A stretch of 11,733 bases of DNA, taken from a virus. Every line of letters starts with the position of its first letter. The stretch's first letter is position 1. Below are positions 1-7,552 of this stretch, piece after piece. The notes under the pieces are model-generated. The model searched no databases. It saw only the letters and a list, made by a program, of their open reading frames with translations, and had not been told where the DNA came from. The position numbers and the translations under genes were made by a program. Where the stretch lies: IMG/VR virus record IMGVR_UViG_3300045988_021489. One strand, written 5' to 3'.

Positions 1-52
1 GACGGCATACGATATCGGTCTCGGCATTCCTGCTGAACCGCTCTTCCGATCT
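1..52 (+). other. Illumina paired-end adapter/PCR primer 2.0 sequence (assembly artefact)
   Basis: gacggcatacgatatcggtctcggcattcctgctgaaccgctcttccgatct matches the inner part of the Illumina PE PCR primer 2.0 (…GACGGCATACGAGATCGGTCTCGGCATTCCTGCTGAACCGCTCTTCCGATCT) with one mismatch (GAGAT -> GATAT). Confidence 0.97.
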
Positions 53-212
53 AAAGGTACGCTACTGACCCCTATTTAACGTTTCCCAACGCACTTTTAA
101 CATTTGCAAACACTTTGTGGCACGCTTTTTGCTATGGGTCGCAATTACCAAAATTTAACACATTGCGCCCGACTTTGGCACGGTTTTTGTTATGCGTGTG
201 CGCCCGTGAAAT

Positions 213-228
213 TGTTTCACGTGGAACA
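213..228 (-). promoter_or_regulatory. parS-like centromere site (outer, left TIR)
   Basis: TGTTTCACGTGGAACA on plus = TGTTCCACGTGAAACA on minus, matching the conserved parS consensus TGTTNCACGTGAAACA. Confidence 0.85.
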
Positions 229-254
229 CTGCCACACCGATGCACAAAATAAAT

Positions 255-270
255 TGTTTCACGTGGAACA
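255..270 (-). promoter_or_regulatory. parS-like centromere site (inner, left TIR)
   Basis: Second exact copy of TGTTTCACGTGGAACA, 42 bp from the first. Confidence 0.85.
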
Positions 271-325
271 CAACTGTTAAACAAAGTTAAAAGAATAATT
301 TAACACAAAATAACACGCCAACCGC

Positions 326-355
326 TTGCACGTTCAAAACAAATGCTTAACTTTG
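326..355 (+). promoter_or_regulatory. Bacteroidota-type promoter for the rightward ORF
   Basis: TTG (326-328), 19-nt spacer, TAACTTTG (348-355) matching the -7 consensus TAnnTTTG; 31 nt upstream of the ATG at 387. Confidence 0.6.
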
Positions 356-386
356 CAGCAAGTTAAACAATTAAATACATTGAGTT

Positions 387-749
387 ATGAATAACGTAAA
401 ATCATTAAGCGAAAACATCGCAAAGGCTGTTAGCGAAACAACAAAGCACGTAGAATTTTTGGCGGGTGCTTATCCCGAAATCCGTACCAACTTGCAAACT
501 ATTGCAGAAACTTTGCAAGTAGTACACCATTCGTTAGGTACGGTTTGTGAATTGTCCGAAATGCAAGAAAAGGTACACAAACAAACCGTGTCAAATTTTG
601 AGGTTGAAAAGGCTTGCAAAAATCAAGCATACGACTTTATACTAACTGAAAGGCTGTTCAATCGTTTCAAAACCTTTTGTTCGTGTTATCCCGTAAGCAC
701 ATACAACGAAAAAACGGGTGCTGACATTCTTGCAAAGCACGTGAAATAA
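387..749 (+). CDS. Hypothetical protein, 120 aa; the only convincing plus-strand gene
   Basis: ATG start, TAA stop, promoter upstream and hairpin terminator downstream. No family recognised. Confidence 0.75.
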   Translation: MNNVKSLSENIAKAVSETTKHVEFLAGAYPEIRTNLQTIAETLQVVHHSLGTVCELSEMQEKVHKQTVSNFEVEKACKNQAYDFILTERLFNRFKTFCSCYPVSTYNEKTGADILAKHVK

Positions 750-766
750 CAAGCAAGGCACAAAGA

Positions 767-796
767 AAAGGCGGTAACAATCAAGTTGCCGCCTTT
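767..796. terminator. Intrinsic terminator between convergent genes
   Basis: AAAGGCGGTAAC-AATCAA-GTTGCCGCCTTT (12-bp stem, one G-T pair) followed by CTTTTT on plus; A-rich on the other side (T-rich on minus), so possibly bidirectional. Confidence 0.8.
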
Positions 797-816
797 CTTT
801 TTATCCTGCCTTGCAG

Positions 817-2670
817 TTACTCAATATATACCCCGTCAGACAAAGCCGTGTATATCATTTCTTGTTCCTCTGTCAGCATTTCGGCGGTGTGTATGGGTGT
901 AACATCATCGAACACATTAAACCCTCTGAAATCGCCTAAAATGCCCGTTTGTCGGTCGTTATTACGTCCGTTGCTTGCGCTCTCGTACCACTTGCAATAA
1001 ATGTAAGGTTCTAAACCGTAATATAACATTTCGTTCCAATCATCGCCGCCCACGGTCTTAACTTGGGTACTTGGTGAAAGGTATATTATTTCGCTGCTTG
1101 GTTCTGTTTCCTCAACTTGAAATACAACGCCGTTGCAGGACAAAAGCGCAACCCCGTTGCCCGTTACCACGTTTATAACGTACTGCAAACCTATCGTTTT
1201 GCCTGCATAATCGGTATTGAGGTTTACAAACCCTGCAAACGGCAAAAAGATTTGTATTTCGCTTTCGTAGTCGGTGTTGTCCTCATTGTGCGCTGGTACT
1301 ACCGCCGTGCCGAAATCAAGCGTTATTTTGTCTTGCGCTGGCTGGTGGCAAGATACGCCCGTATTGTAGTTGCCGCATCGTATTACATCGGTGCTGCTTG
1401 CCCCTATGTTGGTGTAAACACGGAGTATCTTGTTCACGTATGCGCCCAAATCTATGTTTTCGTATATAGGTGCGCCCGTGCTGGGGTCTGTTCCCGTTTC
1501 CTTGAAAAACCGTTTGCCGCTAAACTCTGCCAACTCATCAAGCGTTACCAAATATACGTTTATTGCGCCGTACTGCTCGCCCACAACGGTAACGGGGTAC
1601 GCACTGCCAATAACTGCAAAATCGCTCCAATTAGTGTTTACTTGTATGCTTCCCGTTGCCTTCTTTTTATCGCTTGAAATCGTAAGGTCTTGCGTTTGAG
1701 GGAAGCCGCTTGCGTTCTGGTAATAGAATTGCGGTGTACTTTGTTCGGTGTCAAATTCTGTGCCATCGTTTGCCGTTAATGTAACATTTACCGTTTCCCC
1801 GTCTTTCACATATTGCGGCAAATCCTCGTTAGCGGTGCAATTTGATAGGTTTGTAGAAATTTCTAACACATCATCGTAACTACCCGTAAGCGTTACGGGC
1901 TTTGTCGGGTCTATGTCGGTAATGGTTAGCGTTGCTTGTTGGCTGTATTCCAAATCCTGCACCACAAACGGCGTTTTGGTCGCTGTTCCTGCCTTGTTCG
2001 TGTAACTCGCTTAGAGGTCAAAGAAACGCACTTTGTTCGGGGTGTATTGCCCCGTAACGGTGAAAGTTGCCGTTTCCCCGTCAAACGTATGTTGTTCGGT
2101 TACGCCGCTGCCCGTTATGTTGTTCGTTACGTTAAGTTCGGGTGTTCCCTCGCTGGCTGTCGTACCCGTAAGCGTGAAACTCTCGCCCGTGTCGGCATCG
2201 TCATACTCCCAACTTGCCGTTTTACCGTCTGGCGAAATTGTCAAGTCCTGCGTATCGGGGTAGCCGTAACTGTCCGTAAACTCCACTTGCGCCGCCGTTA
2301 TCTTGTAACCCTCGTTTGCCGTTACTTGTATGCTCGCATCATAATAACCGCTACCTTTTGTTCCCGTTGCTGTCGTGTTCGGTATGTTGTTTATAACTTC
2401 CAAATCGTTTTCGCTTCGGGTGTTTCCCGTGATAGTTATTTCCGTGTCTGCATCGGTGTCGGACAACTCACCAAATGCCCAAACCTTTGCGCCGTTCATA
2501 TCCAAAACAACGCTTTTCGGGTATCCGCTTGTATTGGTATAAACCGCCTTAACATCGCCTACAAACAAATAACCGTCATTCGTTCTTACGTTTATATCCC
2601 AATAACCGCCGCTTGCGTTCCACTGGCTGTTATCATCGTGTGCGTTAGGTATATTTACAATTACTGCCAT
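817..2670 (-). CDS. Large tail/appendage-like protein with about four ~90-aa Ig-like repeats, interrupted by one in-frame TAA (2011-2013); about 617 codons if read through
   Basis: ORFs 2011-2670 and 817-1965 are in the same frame. Readthrough gives ...NKVRFFDL*ASYTNKAGTATKTPFVVQDLEYS... Repeat motifs (GYPDTQDLTISPDGKTAS / GFPQTQDLTISSDKKKAT) occur on both sides. The downstream half has no ATG near its start. Confidence 0.6.
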
Positions 2671-2676
2671 ACTCTT

Positions 2677-3129
2677 TTAATTTTCGGTTGTTCCTTTCAA
2701 AGTTACCATAATGATACCCCCGTTTTCATTCAAAAGCCCCGTTTCAGAAAACGGCACTTTCTCAAAATTCGGGGTGCGCTTGTAAACCGTATCACGGTTT
2801 GAAATATACGGGTCGGGGTTGTCGCTTTCAGATACACGCCCAGTTGCCTCCAAAATTTCGCTTTCGTAGGTTTTAAGCACATCAATACGCAATGCAAGTT
2901 CGTAGGCGTTGTTTCCCTCAAAACTTACCCTATCCACGAAATAATAACGCCCTAAATCGGGTATGTAACAATAATTGAAAGTCGGTCGGGGTTGCTTTCG
3001 TAGTGTTACGGTCGGGCGCAACACATCGAAAGTTTGCCGCAAATCGCCCTCAATCGCCGTAAACGTGCCTAACTGCTTGTTTACCGTGTTCGGGTGTCCG
3101 TTGTATGAATAAAAGTTTATCGTTGTCAT
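2677..3129 (-). CDS. Structural protein, gp9 tail-knob N-terminal-like
   Basis: The ATG at 3129 (MTTINFYSYNG...) is a better start than 3177, because the longer call runs into a terminator hairpin. The stretch PRPTFNYCYIPDLGRYYFVDRVSFEGNNAYELALRIDVLKTYESEI resembles the Y(Y)F(V/I)D...Y.L..DVL.TY pattern of phi29-like tail knob proteins. The ORF is certain, the function tentative. Confidence 0.5.
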   Translation of the reverse strand: MTTINFYSYNGHPNTVNKQLGTFTAIEGDLRQTFDVLRPTVTLRKQPRPTFNYCYIPDLGRYYFVDRVSFEGNNAYELALRIDVLKTYESEILEATGRVSESDNPDPYISNRDTVYKRTPNFEKVPFSETGLLNENGGIIMVTLKGTTEN

Positions 3130-3144
3130 ATCGGAAAGAAAAAA

Positions 3145-3181
3145 GGCGGTGCGGTGCGCTTTCACCTGCACCCACACCGCC
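3145..3181 (-). terminator. Intrinsic terminator downstream of the capsid gene
   Basis: On minus: GGCGGTG...CACCGCC hairpin followed by TTTTTTC. Confidence 0.6.
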
Positions 3182-3210
3182 CAAAGTTAAACAATCTAAT
3201 ACCTATTGAG

Positions 3211-4443
3211 TTACTCAATAAAGAATACTACAAAGTTTTCGTTTGTATCGTTGAAATACCCTGCATCAAACTTGTAATAGTTGTTGAAAAACTCTGCCTT
3301 TGCGTTGTAGTTCGTTGTTACCCGTCTGTCAAGATTGCAAACGCCCAACGCATCACGGTCGAACATTACGCCCAACACGCCCGTAATTTCAACATCTTTG
3401 CCGCCGCTTTCCTTAACCTTAATGTGTCCCGTGCTGGCGAAATCGTAGTTCTTTCCGCTGCCTTGCCAAAAAGGTACGGTTTCGGCTTGCGGCAAAAGCA
3501 CATCGCCACGGTTGAACGTGTCGGAATAAAGATAGGTTTGCGCTGCCTTTGCAAAGTCGGACAAAAGTACAACGTGTAACATATCTTTCGGCGTAAACCG
3601 TTCCTTGCCGCCAACATTGAACACGGTGGAAATGCTTTGCAGGCGGTCGGCATACGTCCCCATAACGTAAGACGCAAAGCGGATAAAATCGGGGTCGGTT
3701 ATCGCCTTTGCCGCTGTCAGTGCGTCAGGGTTCGGGGTCGGCTCGCCCTCTCCCGTTGCAGGTGTTGCAGGGAAATACTTGTCATTGTACAACTTCAAAA
3801 GGTTTACACAACGTGCCGTGCTTGCGCTGGAAAGGTCTGCCCCTGCCATATCACCTGCTGCCGTTGCTCCAAACGCTTGCGCATCAGCCAACACGGTTTC
3901 CGCAATCATGTTGTTAATTGTGCGCATAATCAAAGCGTCTGCCTTGATAGTCATTGACTTTTCAACGGCTGCATAAATCATCGAAATAAAGCCGTTGAGT
4001 TGTGCGGCGTTGCTGAAACTTTCCTTAACCTGTCTTTCGGTGATTGATACGGGCACTTCAAACGTAACCTTTGAGTTGAAAAACTTTGCGGTAACGGTCG
4101 GTTTGTGGAACACATCTTGCTTGTATTCTGTTCCGTCCTTCAAATCCCACGTGTCGTTTTCTTCTGCTTCTGGAACATCGGCACTTATCTTTTCCAATAC
4201 GCTACCAAACTCCCACGCATCCATTAAAACGCTCGGCACTTTGCCCGCATAAGGTCGGTTTACGAAAATCACCTTGCCGATATGGTTTACAAGTGATTTT
4301 ACGTAGTTGTCAACTGCATTTTGGTTAAACACTTCCGTGCCCAAATCCACAATGCCCGTTAAATCGTCCTGCACAATGTCAGTCTTGCCCAGCACTTCAC
4401 TTGAAACGCTGTTAATAATCTGGTAAATCTGTTTTACGTTCAT
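3211..4443 (-). CDS. Major capsid protein, phi29 gp8-like (HK97 fold)
   Basis: 410 aa. NQNAVDNYVKSLVNHIGKVIF...DVFHKPTVTAKFFNSKVTFEVPVSITERQVKESFSNAAQLNGFISMIYAAVEKS parallels phi29 gp8 (QNDFITSLVDRIG...[36 protein letters not shown]). Confidence 0.85.
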   Translation of the reverse strand: MNVKQIYQIINSVSSEVLGKTDIVQDDLTGIVDLGTEVFNQNAVDNYVKSLVNHIGKVIFVNRPYAGKVPSVLMDAWEFGSVLEKISADVPEAEENDTWDLKDGTEYKQDVFHKPTVTAKFFNSKVTFEVPVSITERQVKESFSNAAQLNGFISMIYAAVEKSMTIKADALIMRTINNMIAETVLADAQAFGATAAGDMAGADLSSASTARCVNLLKLYNDKYFPATPATGEGEPTPNPDALTAAKAITDPDFIRFASYVMGTYADRLQSISTVFNVGGKERFTPKDMLHVVLLSDFAKAAQTYLYSDTFNRGDVLLPQAETVPFWQGSGKNYDFASTGHIKVKESGGKDVEITGVLGVMFDRDALGVCNLDRRVTTNYNAKAEFFNNYYKFDAGYFNDTNENFVVFFIE

Positions 4444-4464
4444 ATTGCTAAAAATTAAAATTAG

Positions 4465-5037
4465 TTATTCGTAAATACTCGTTGTTAATTCTCTTACAAG
4501 TGCAAAGATAATGTTTTTTCTCCAATTATCACGCCTTAACTGCAATTCTTTTGCAATTTCACTTGAAATTGATTTGCTTGCGCCCGTTCCTTTGCTGGTT
4601 TCGGTTGTTTGGCGTTCCTCGGTGCGGTTTCTCTCATCGTTTGCGGTCTTTCGGTCGCTGTCTGAAAAATCGGTATCGTTAAACGCCTTGTTTGCGCCCG
4701 TTTCGGTGTTGTCCGTGCTTTCCTGCAAAGTAACCGTTTCCGTGCGTTCAATTTGCCCCGTTACGGGTGTCAGTACATCGTAATCGGCTAACATCGCCGC
4801 CGCTTCACGTTCCCAACCTTGCACGTTTACCGCAATCACCGCCGAAACAACATCTTTTGCGTTGTCCGCATTGATAGAGTTTACAACGGTCTTGCCGCCG
4901 TACATCAGTAAGGCGTAAGCGTCTAACTTGGTCGGGTCGGTATCGCCGAAAATAGCGGCGTACTCTGTCGGATATTCAGTCTTGAAAACGGTTGCGAATA
5001 TCCCGTTACCCGTTGTAAATAGTTCGCTGTATTTCAT
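4465..5037 (-). CDS. Hypothetical virion-module protein, 190 aa; possible lower-collar/head-tail adaptor by position only
   Basis: ATG start, overlaps the portal stop (ATGA-type overlap at 5034-5037), lies between portal and capsid genes. Function is a positional guess. Confidence 0.6.
   Translation of the reverse strand: MKYSELFTTGNGIFATVFKTEYPTEYAAIFGDTDPTKLDAYALLMYGGKTVVNSINADNAKDVVSAVIAVNVQGWEREAAAMLADYDVLTPVTGQIERTETVTLQESTDNTETGANKAFNDTDFSDSDRKTANDERNRTEERQTTETSKGTGASKSISSEIAKELQLRRDNWRKNIIFALVRELTTSIYE
4503..4510 (-). promoter_or_regulatory. Possible -7 box (TATCTTTG) for the capsid gene
   Basis: Matches TAnnTTTG on minus, 59 nt upstream of the capsid ATG; no good -33 element seen. 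Confidence 0.35.
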
Positions 5038-6125
5038 TGCTTATCGTCTTTTGTTTCTGTTTCCTCTGTTTCCTCTGTTTCCTCTGTTTCGGTATCGTTA
5101 CCGTCCGTTTCCGTTTCCGTTTCTTTCGTTTCTTCTGTTTCCTCTGTTTCCGTGTCGTTTCCGTCTGTTTCGGTGTCGTTTCCGTCTGTTTCGGTTGTTT
5201 CCTCTGTCGGGTCGGGTTCGTCTGTCGGGTCGGGGTTTTCCTTTGCCGTTTCCAAATCAGCCGCCAAAGCGTTGTAATTATCCCTTTCCAAACCCCAACT
5301 TGAAGCAAGTTTAACCGAAATTTCGGTGTCAAACATCGCATTAATTTTCTCAACTGCATTTTGTCTTTCTTTTAGCATATTATCCACATACGGCAAAAGT
5401 ACATCTACATTCATACTTACCTCGCCCAAATTAAGGCGTTCACGCTTCATATTATAATTTGCGTTTAGCCCCAATTCGTTGTACATACTCGCTTTGTAGT
5501 ATTGTATCAGTTCAATAAGTTGTGTTATATACACGCTGTTTGTGGTCGGGGCTGTCTGCATATTTACGCCTTTGAAAAAAGCGTTTTCCCCGATAATTGA
5601 AAACTCGCCGTCTTGTATCTTGCGCAAAATCTCATCGGCACTCTGTTTCGTCTTGTCATCGCTGGCACTTATCAGCATTGTAATACGGGTCAAAATGCTT
5701 GCCGTGTTCAACGAAATAAGCCCGTCAGTATGCAAGACGGCATAACGCCCGATAAGCGGCAAAAGGCTTTCGCCGTTGCTGTCATTCTCAATCAAAACCC
5801 CGTCTTTCTGTATATCGTAGGTTTTGTTTAACTTTAATGCAGGGTTCGCCACGGTGTAAAGCGTTGCCCGTCCGTAAACATCGGGTTCGCCGCCTTTGCC
5901 GCCCGAAAGCGCATACAAAACCCCGTCCACGCTGGTAACAAAGGCGTTGCCCGTGGTCTGCAAAAGCCGCTCCAATTCCTTTTGCGGTATGCTGTCGGGC
6001 AAACCCTCATATTCAAACATACTTTGAGTTTTCGCCAACGTGTTCGCCATAAATTCGGTTACGGCGGTGTCTTTGTCCCTTACTTGTTGCTGGTACAACT
6101 TGTAAATGTTATCTTTCCTTTTCAT
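5034..6125 (-). CDS. Connector/portal protein, phi29 gp10-like
   Basis: 363 aa. YNMKRERLNLGEVSMNVDVLLPYVDNMLKERQNAVEKINAMFDTEISVKL resembles the NKKER...E.....E......M...R..AV.KIN.MF....SV pattern of phi29 gp10. Acidic repetitive C-terminus. Confidence 0.75.
   Translation of the reverse strand: MKRKDNIYKLYQQQVRDKDTAVTEFMANTLAKTQSMFEYEGLPDSIPQKELERLLQTTGNAFVTSVDGVLYALSGGKGGEPDVYGRATLYTVANPALKLNKTYDIQKDGVLIENDSNGESLLPLIGRYAVLHTDGLISLNTASILTRITMLISASDDKTKQSADEILRKIQDGEFSIIGENAFFKGVNMQTAPTTNSVYITQLIELIQYYKASMYNELGLNANYNMKRERLNLGEVSMNVDVLLPYVDNMLKERQNAVEKINAMFDTEISVKLASSWGLERDNYNALAADLETAKENPDPTDEPDPTEETTETDGNDTETDGNDTETEETEETKETETETDGNDTETEETEETEETETKDDKQ
5046..5225. repeat. Degenerate short tandem repeats encoding an acidic TE/DG-rich tail
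   Basis: Multiple ttcctctgt (9-mer) and ttcggtgtcgtttccgtctgt (21-mer) units, giving (D)GNDTETEETEETKETETETDGNDTETEETEETEETET. Confidence 0.85.
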
Positions 6126-6315
6126 CTGTCAAAACTTTAATAAGCGTTGTAAGTTCGGCTAACACTTTCGTATTTTCCGCAATCGTGTCTTTTAGGTGTT
6201 CCGTTTCTTCTTGGTGCGCCTGCCTTTGTTTCACCATATACCAAAACAATGCGCCACACATCACAATCGGAAAACCCAAACTTGAAATGATTTGAATAAT
6301 AGTATTTGCGTCCAT
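6109..6315 (-). CDS. Holin-like small membrane protein
   Basis: 68 aa; one N-terminal TM segment (IIQIISSLGFPIVMCGALFWYMV) followed by a charged coiled tail, a BhlA/UviB-like topology. Overlaps the portal start. Confidence 0.5.
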   Translation of the reverse strand: MDANTIIQIISSLGFPIVMCGALFWYMVKQRQAHQEETEHLKDTIAENTKVLAELTTLIKVLTDEKER

Positions 6316-6340
6316 ATCAATAAATTTTTAGTTCCTATTG

Positions 6341-6348
6341 CAAAGGTA
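6341..6348 (-). promoter_or_regulatory. Possible -7 box (TACCTTTG) for the late/structural operon
   Basis: Matches TAnnTTTG on minus, 26 nt upstream of ATG 6315 and immediately after a hairpin + T-run. Confidence 0.45.
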
Positions 6349-6364
6349 GTTATTTATTTCGTAA

Positions 6365-6405
6365 AACGGTCGGTTCGGCACGAAATTTGCACCAAACCGC
6401 CCGTT
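6365..6405 (-). terminator. Likely intrinsic terminator after the packaging ATPase gene
   Basis: ACGGTCGGTT (6366-6375) pairs with AACCGCCCGT (6395-6404) with one mismatch; TTTT follows on minus. Confidence 0.45.
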
Positions 6406-6409
6406 ATTT

Positions 6410-7540
6410 TCATTTAAGCGAAACAATGTTTGTCTTTGCGCTCGTAATTAAATAATTGCGTACTATTTCGCCTATTTCGTTATCTTGGTAGAAAACTTTG
6501 TCTATTGCGAAAAACCGTGCGACTTGTTGTTCCACGTAACTTGCCGTGCTTAACAACTTGCGTTTGTAGTTCGGTTTGCCGTTCATTTCCAAAGAATAAA
6601 TAAGGCTGTTTTCCTCATCTTTAATCGGTGTCGTTTTGGCGTGTATGTACGTGAAACATTCGTTGCCTACTTGTATAATGTTACCCTGCAAAACAACATC
6701 GTTAAACTTGATATAGTACACAAACAACACGTCTTGCGGCTTGTACTTACACGGCAAATGCGGATATACTGCAAGTTCCCACTTGCCGCCCGTAATCATC
6801 TGCAAATTTTGATTGTCGAAACAAAAATACTTGTTACTGGCTTTGTGTTGTACTATCGTGCTGCAATACTCCACCGCCACGATTGCGCCGTGTTCGCCAA
6901 AGCGGTATATATCTATCGTTCCCTGCTCCATAAACGGCACTTGCTTCAAACCCATTTCCGTAAAGTACGGGCAAAACTTGTTTACCGTGTTGCCCAACAT
7001 AAACACTTTGACATCGTTTCGCTGGCGTATTATCGTGCTTAACAAGTTCATAAATAACATAAACTCATCGGGCAAATAATACCGCCGTGTCAGAAACTCG
7101 TCAAATACTATCGTTGTAACATTCGGGTAACTGCTGCTTTTTTCGTGTTCCTGCTCTGAAAGGCAAAACCCGTAACAAAACGGGGTCGGGTCGGGTGTCC
7201 GCTTGTTTTTCTCTGCATCGTAGTAAGATAAAAACCACTTGTTCGACATATAGAACACTTCATTAAATTTGCCCTCTGTCAGTTCCTCAATAAGTCCGTT
7301 TGCCACGTGATTTGCAAACAGACTTTCGGCACGTTTGCCCCGTAAATCCTCACGCCAACGGCGTATATATGCCATTTGCTTGCCCGTCTTGATATAGTTT
7401 TCCAAACCATATTTTAAGGCGGCGTAAGTCTTGCCGTTTGACCGTTCGCCAAATATAACATTATAGTCGGCGTTCTTGCTTAAAATCGCTTTCAAGTCGT
7501 AAAATTTCGGCTTTTCTGTCTTTGTCTTTCTTGTTGTCAT
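6410..7540 (-). CDS. DNA packaging ATPase, phi29 gp16-like
   Basis: 376 aa. Walker A (NVIFGERSNGKTYAAL), Walker B (VTTIVFDEFL), then VFMLGNTVN sensor-like motif, RQRNDVKV. Confidence 0.9.
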   Translation of the reverse strand: MTTRKTKTEKPKFYDLKAILSKNADYNVIFGERSNGKTYAALKYGLENYIKTGKQMAYIRRWREDLRGKRAESLFANHVANGLIEELTEGKFNEVFYMSNKWFLSYYDAEKNKRTPDPTPFCYGFCLSEQEHEKSSSYPNVTTIVFDEFLTRRYYLPDEFMLFMNLLSTIIRQRNDVKVFMLGNTVNKFCPYFTEMGLKQVPFMEQGTIDIYRFGEHGAIVAVEYCSTIVQHKASNKYFCFDNQNLQMITGGKWELAVYPHLPCKYKPQDVLFVYYIKFNDVVLQGNIIQVGNECFTYIHAKTTPIKDEENSLIYSLEMNGKPNYKRKLLSTASYVEQQVARFFAIDKVFYQDNEIGEIVRNYLITSAKTNIVSLK

Positions 7541-7552
7541 ACTCTTATTATT

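Larger units (their letters stand above)
53..274 (+). repeat. Left terminal inverted repeat (222 bp, perfect)
   Basis: Reverse complement of 11460-11681 by direct reading. It begins AAAGGTAC, right after the adapter junction. Identity breaks at 275. Confidence 0.95.

Noticed and set aside
1-274. A 274-bp terminal inverted repeat
   Set aside because: The outer 52 bp is Illumina adapter on both sides; only 222 bp is genomic.
1936-2802. 288-aa plus-strand ORF (and other plus-strand ORFs at 1117-1677, 3154-3579, 3366-3677, 3637-3957)
   Set aside because: Antisense to well-supported minus-strand genes; sequences are Arg/Val/Cys-rich shadows of the coding strand without domain-like patterns.
2730-2921. 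63-aa minus-strand ORF
   Set aside because: Fully inside the 2677-3129 gene in another frame, with no independent support.
5046-5225. CRISPR array
   Set aside because: Short, contiguous, in-frame degenerate repeats with no spacers; they encode the portal C-terminus.
4928-5314. Plus-strand ORF with FPLFPLFPLFRYRYRPFPF repeats and minus-strand ORF 5006-5359 with KRKKRKRKQRKQRK
   Set aside because: Both are out-of-frame readings of the repeat encoding the acidic portal tail.
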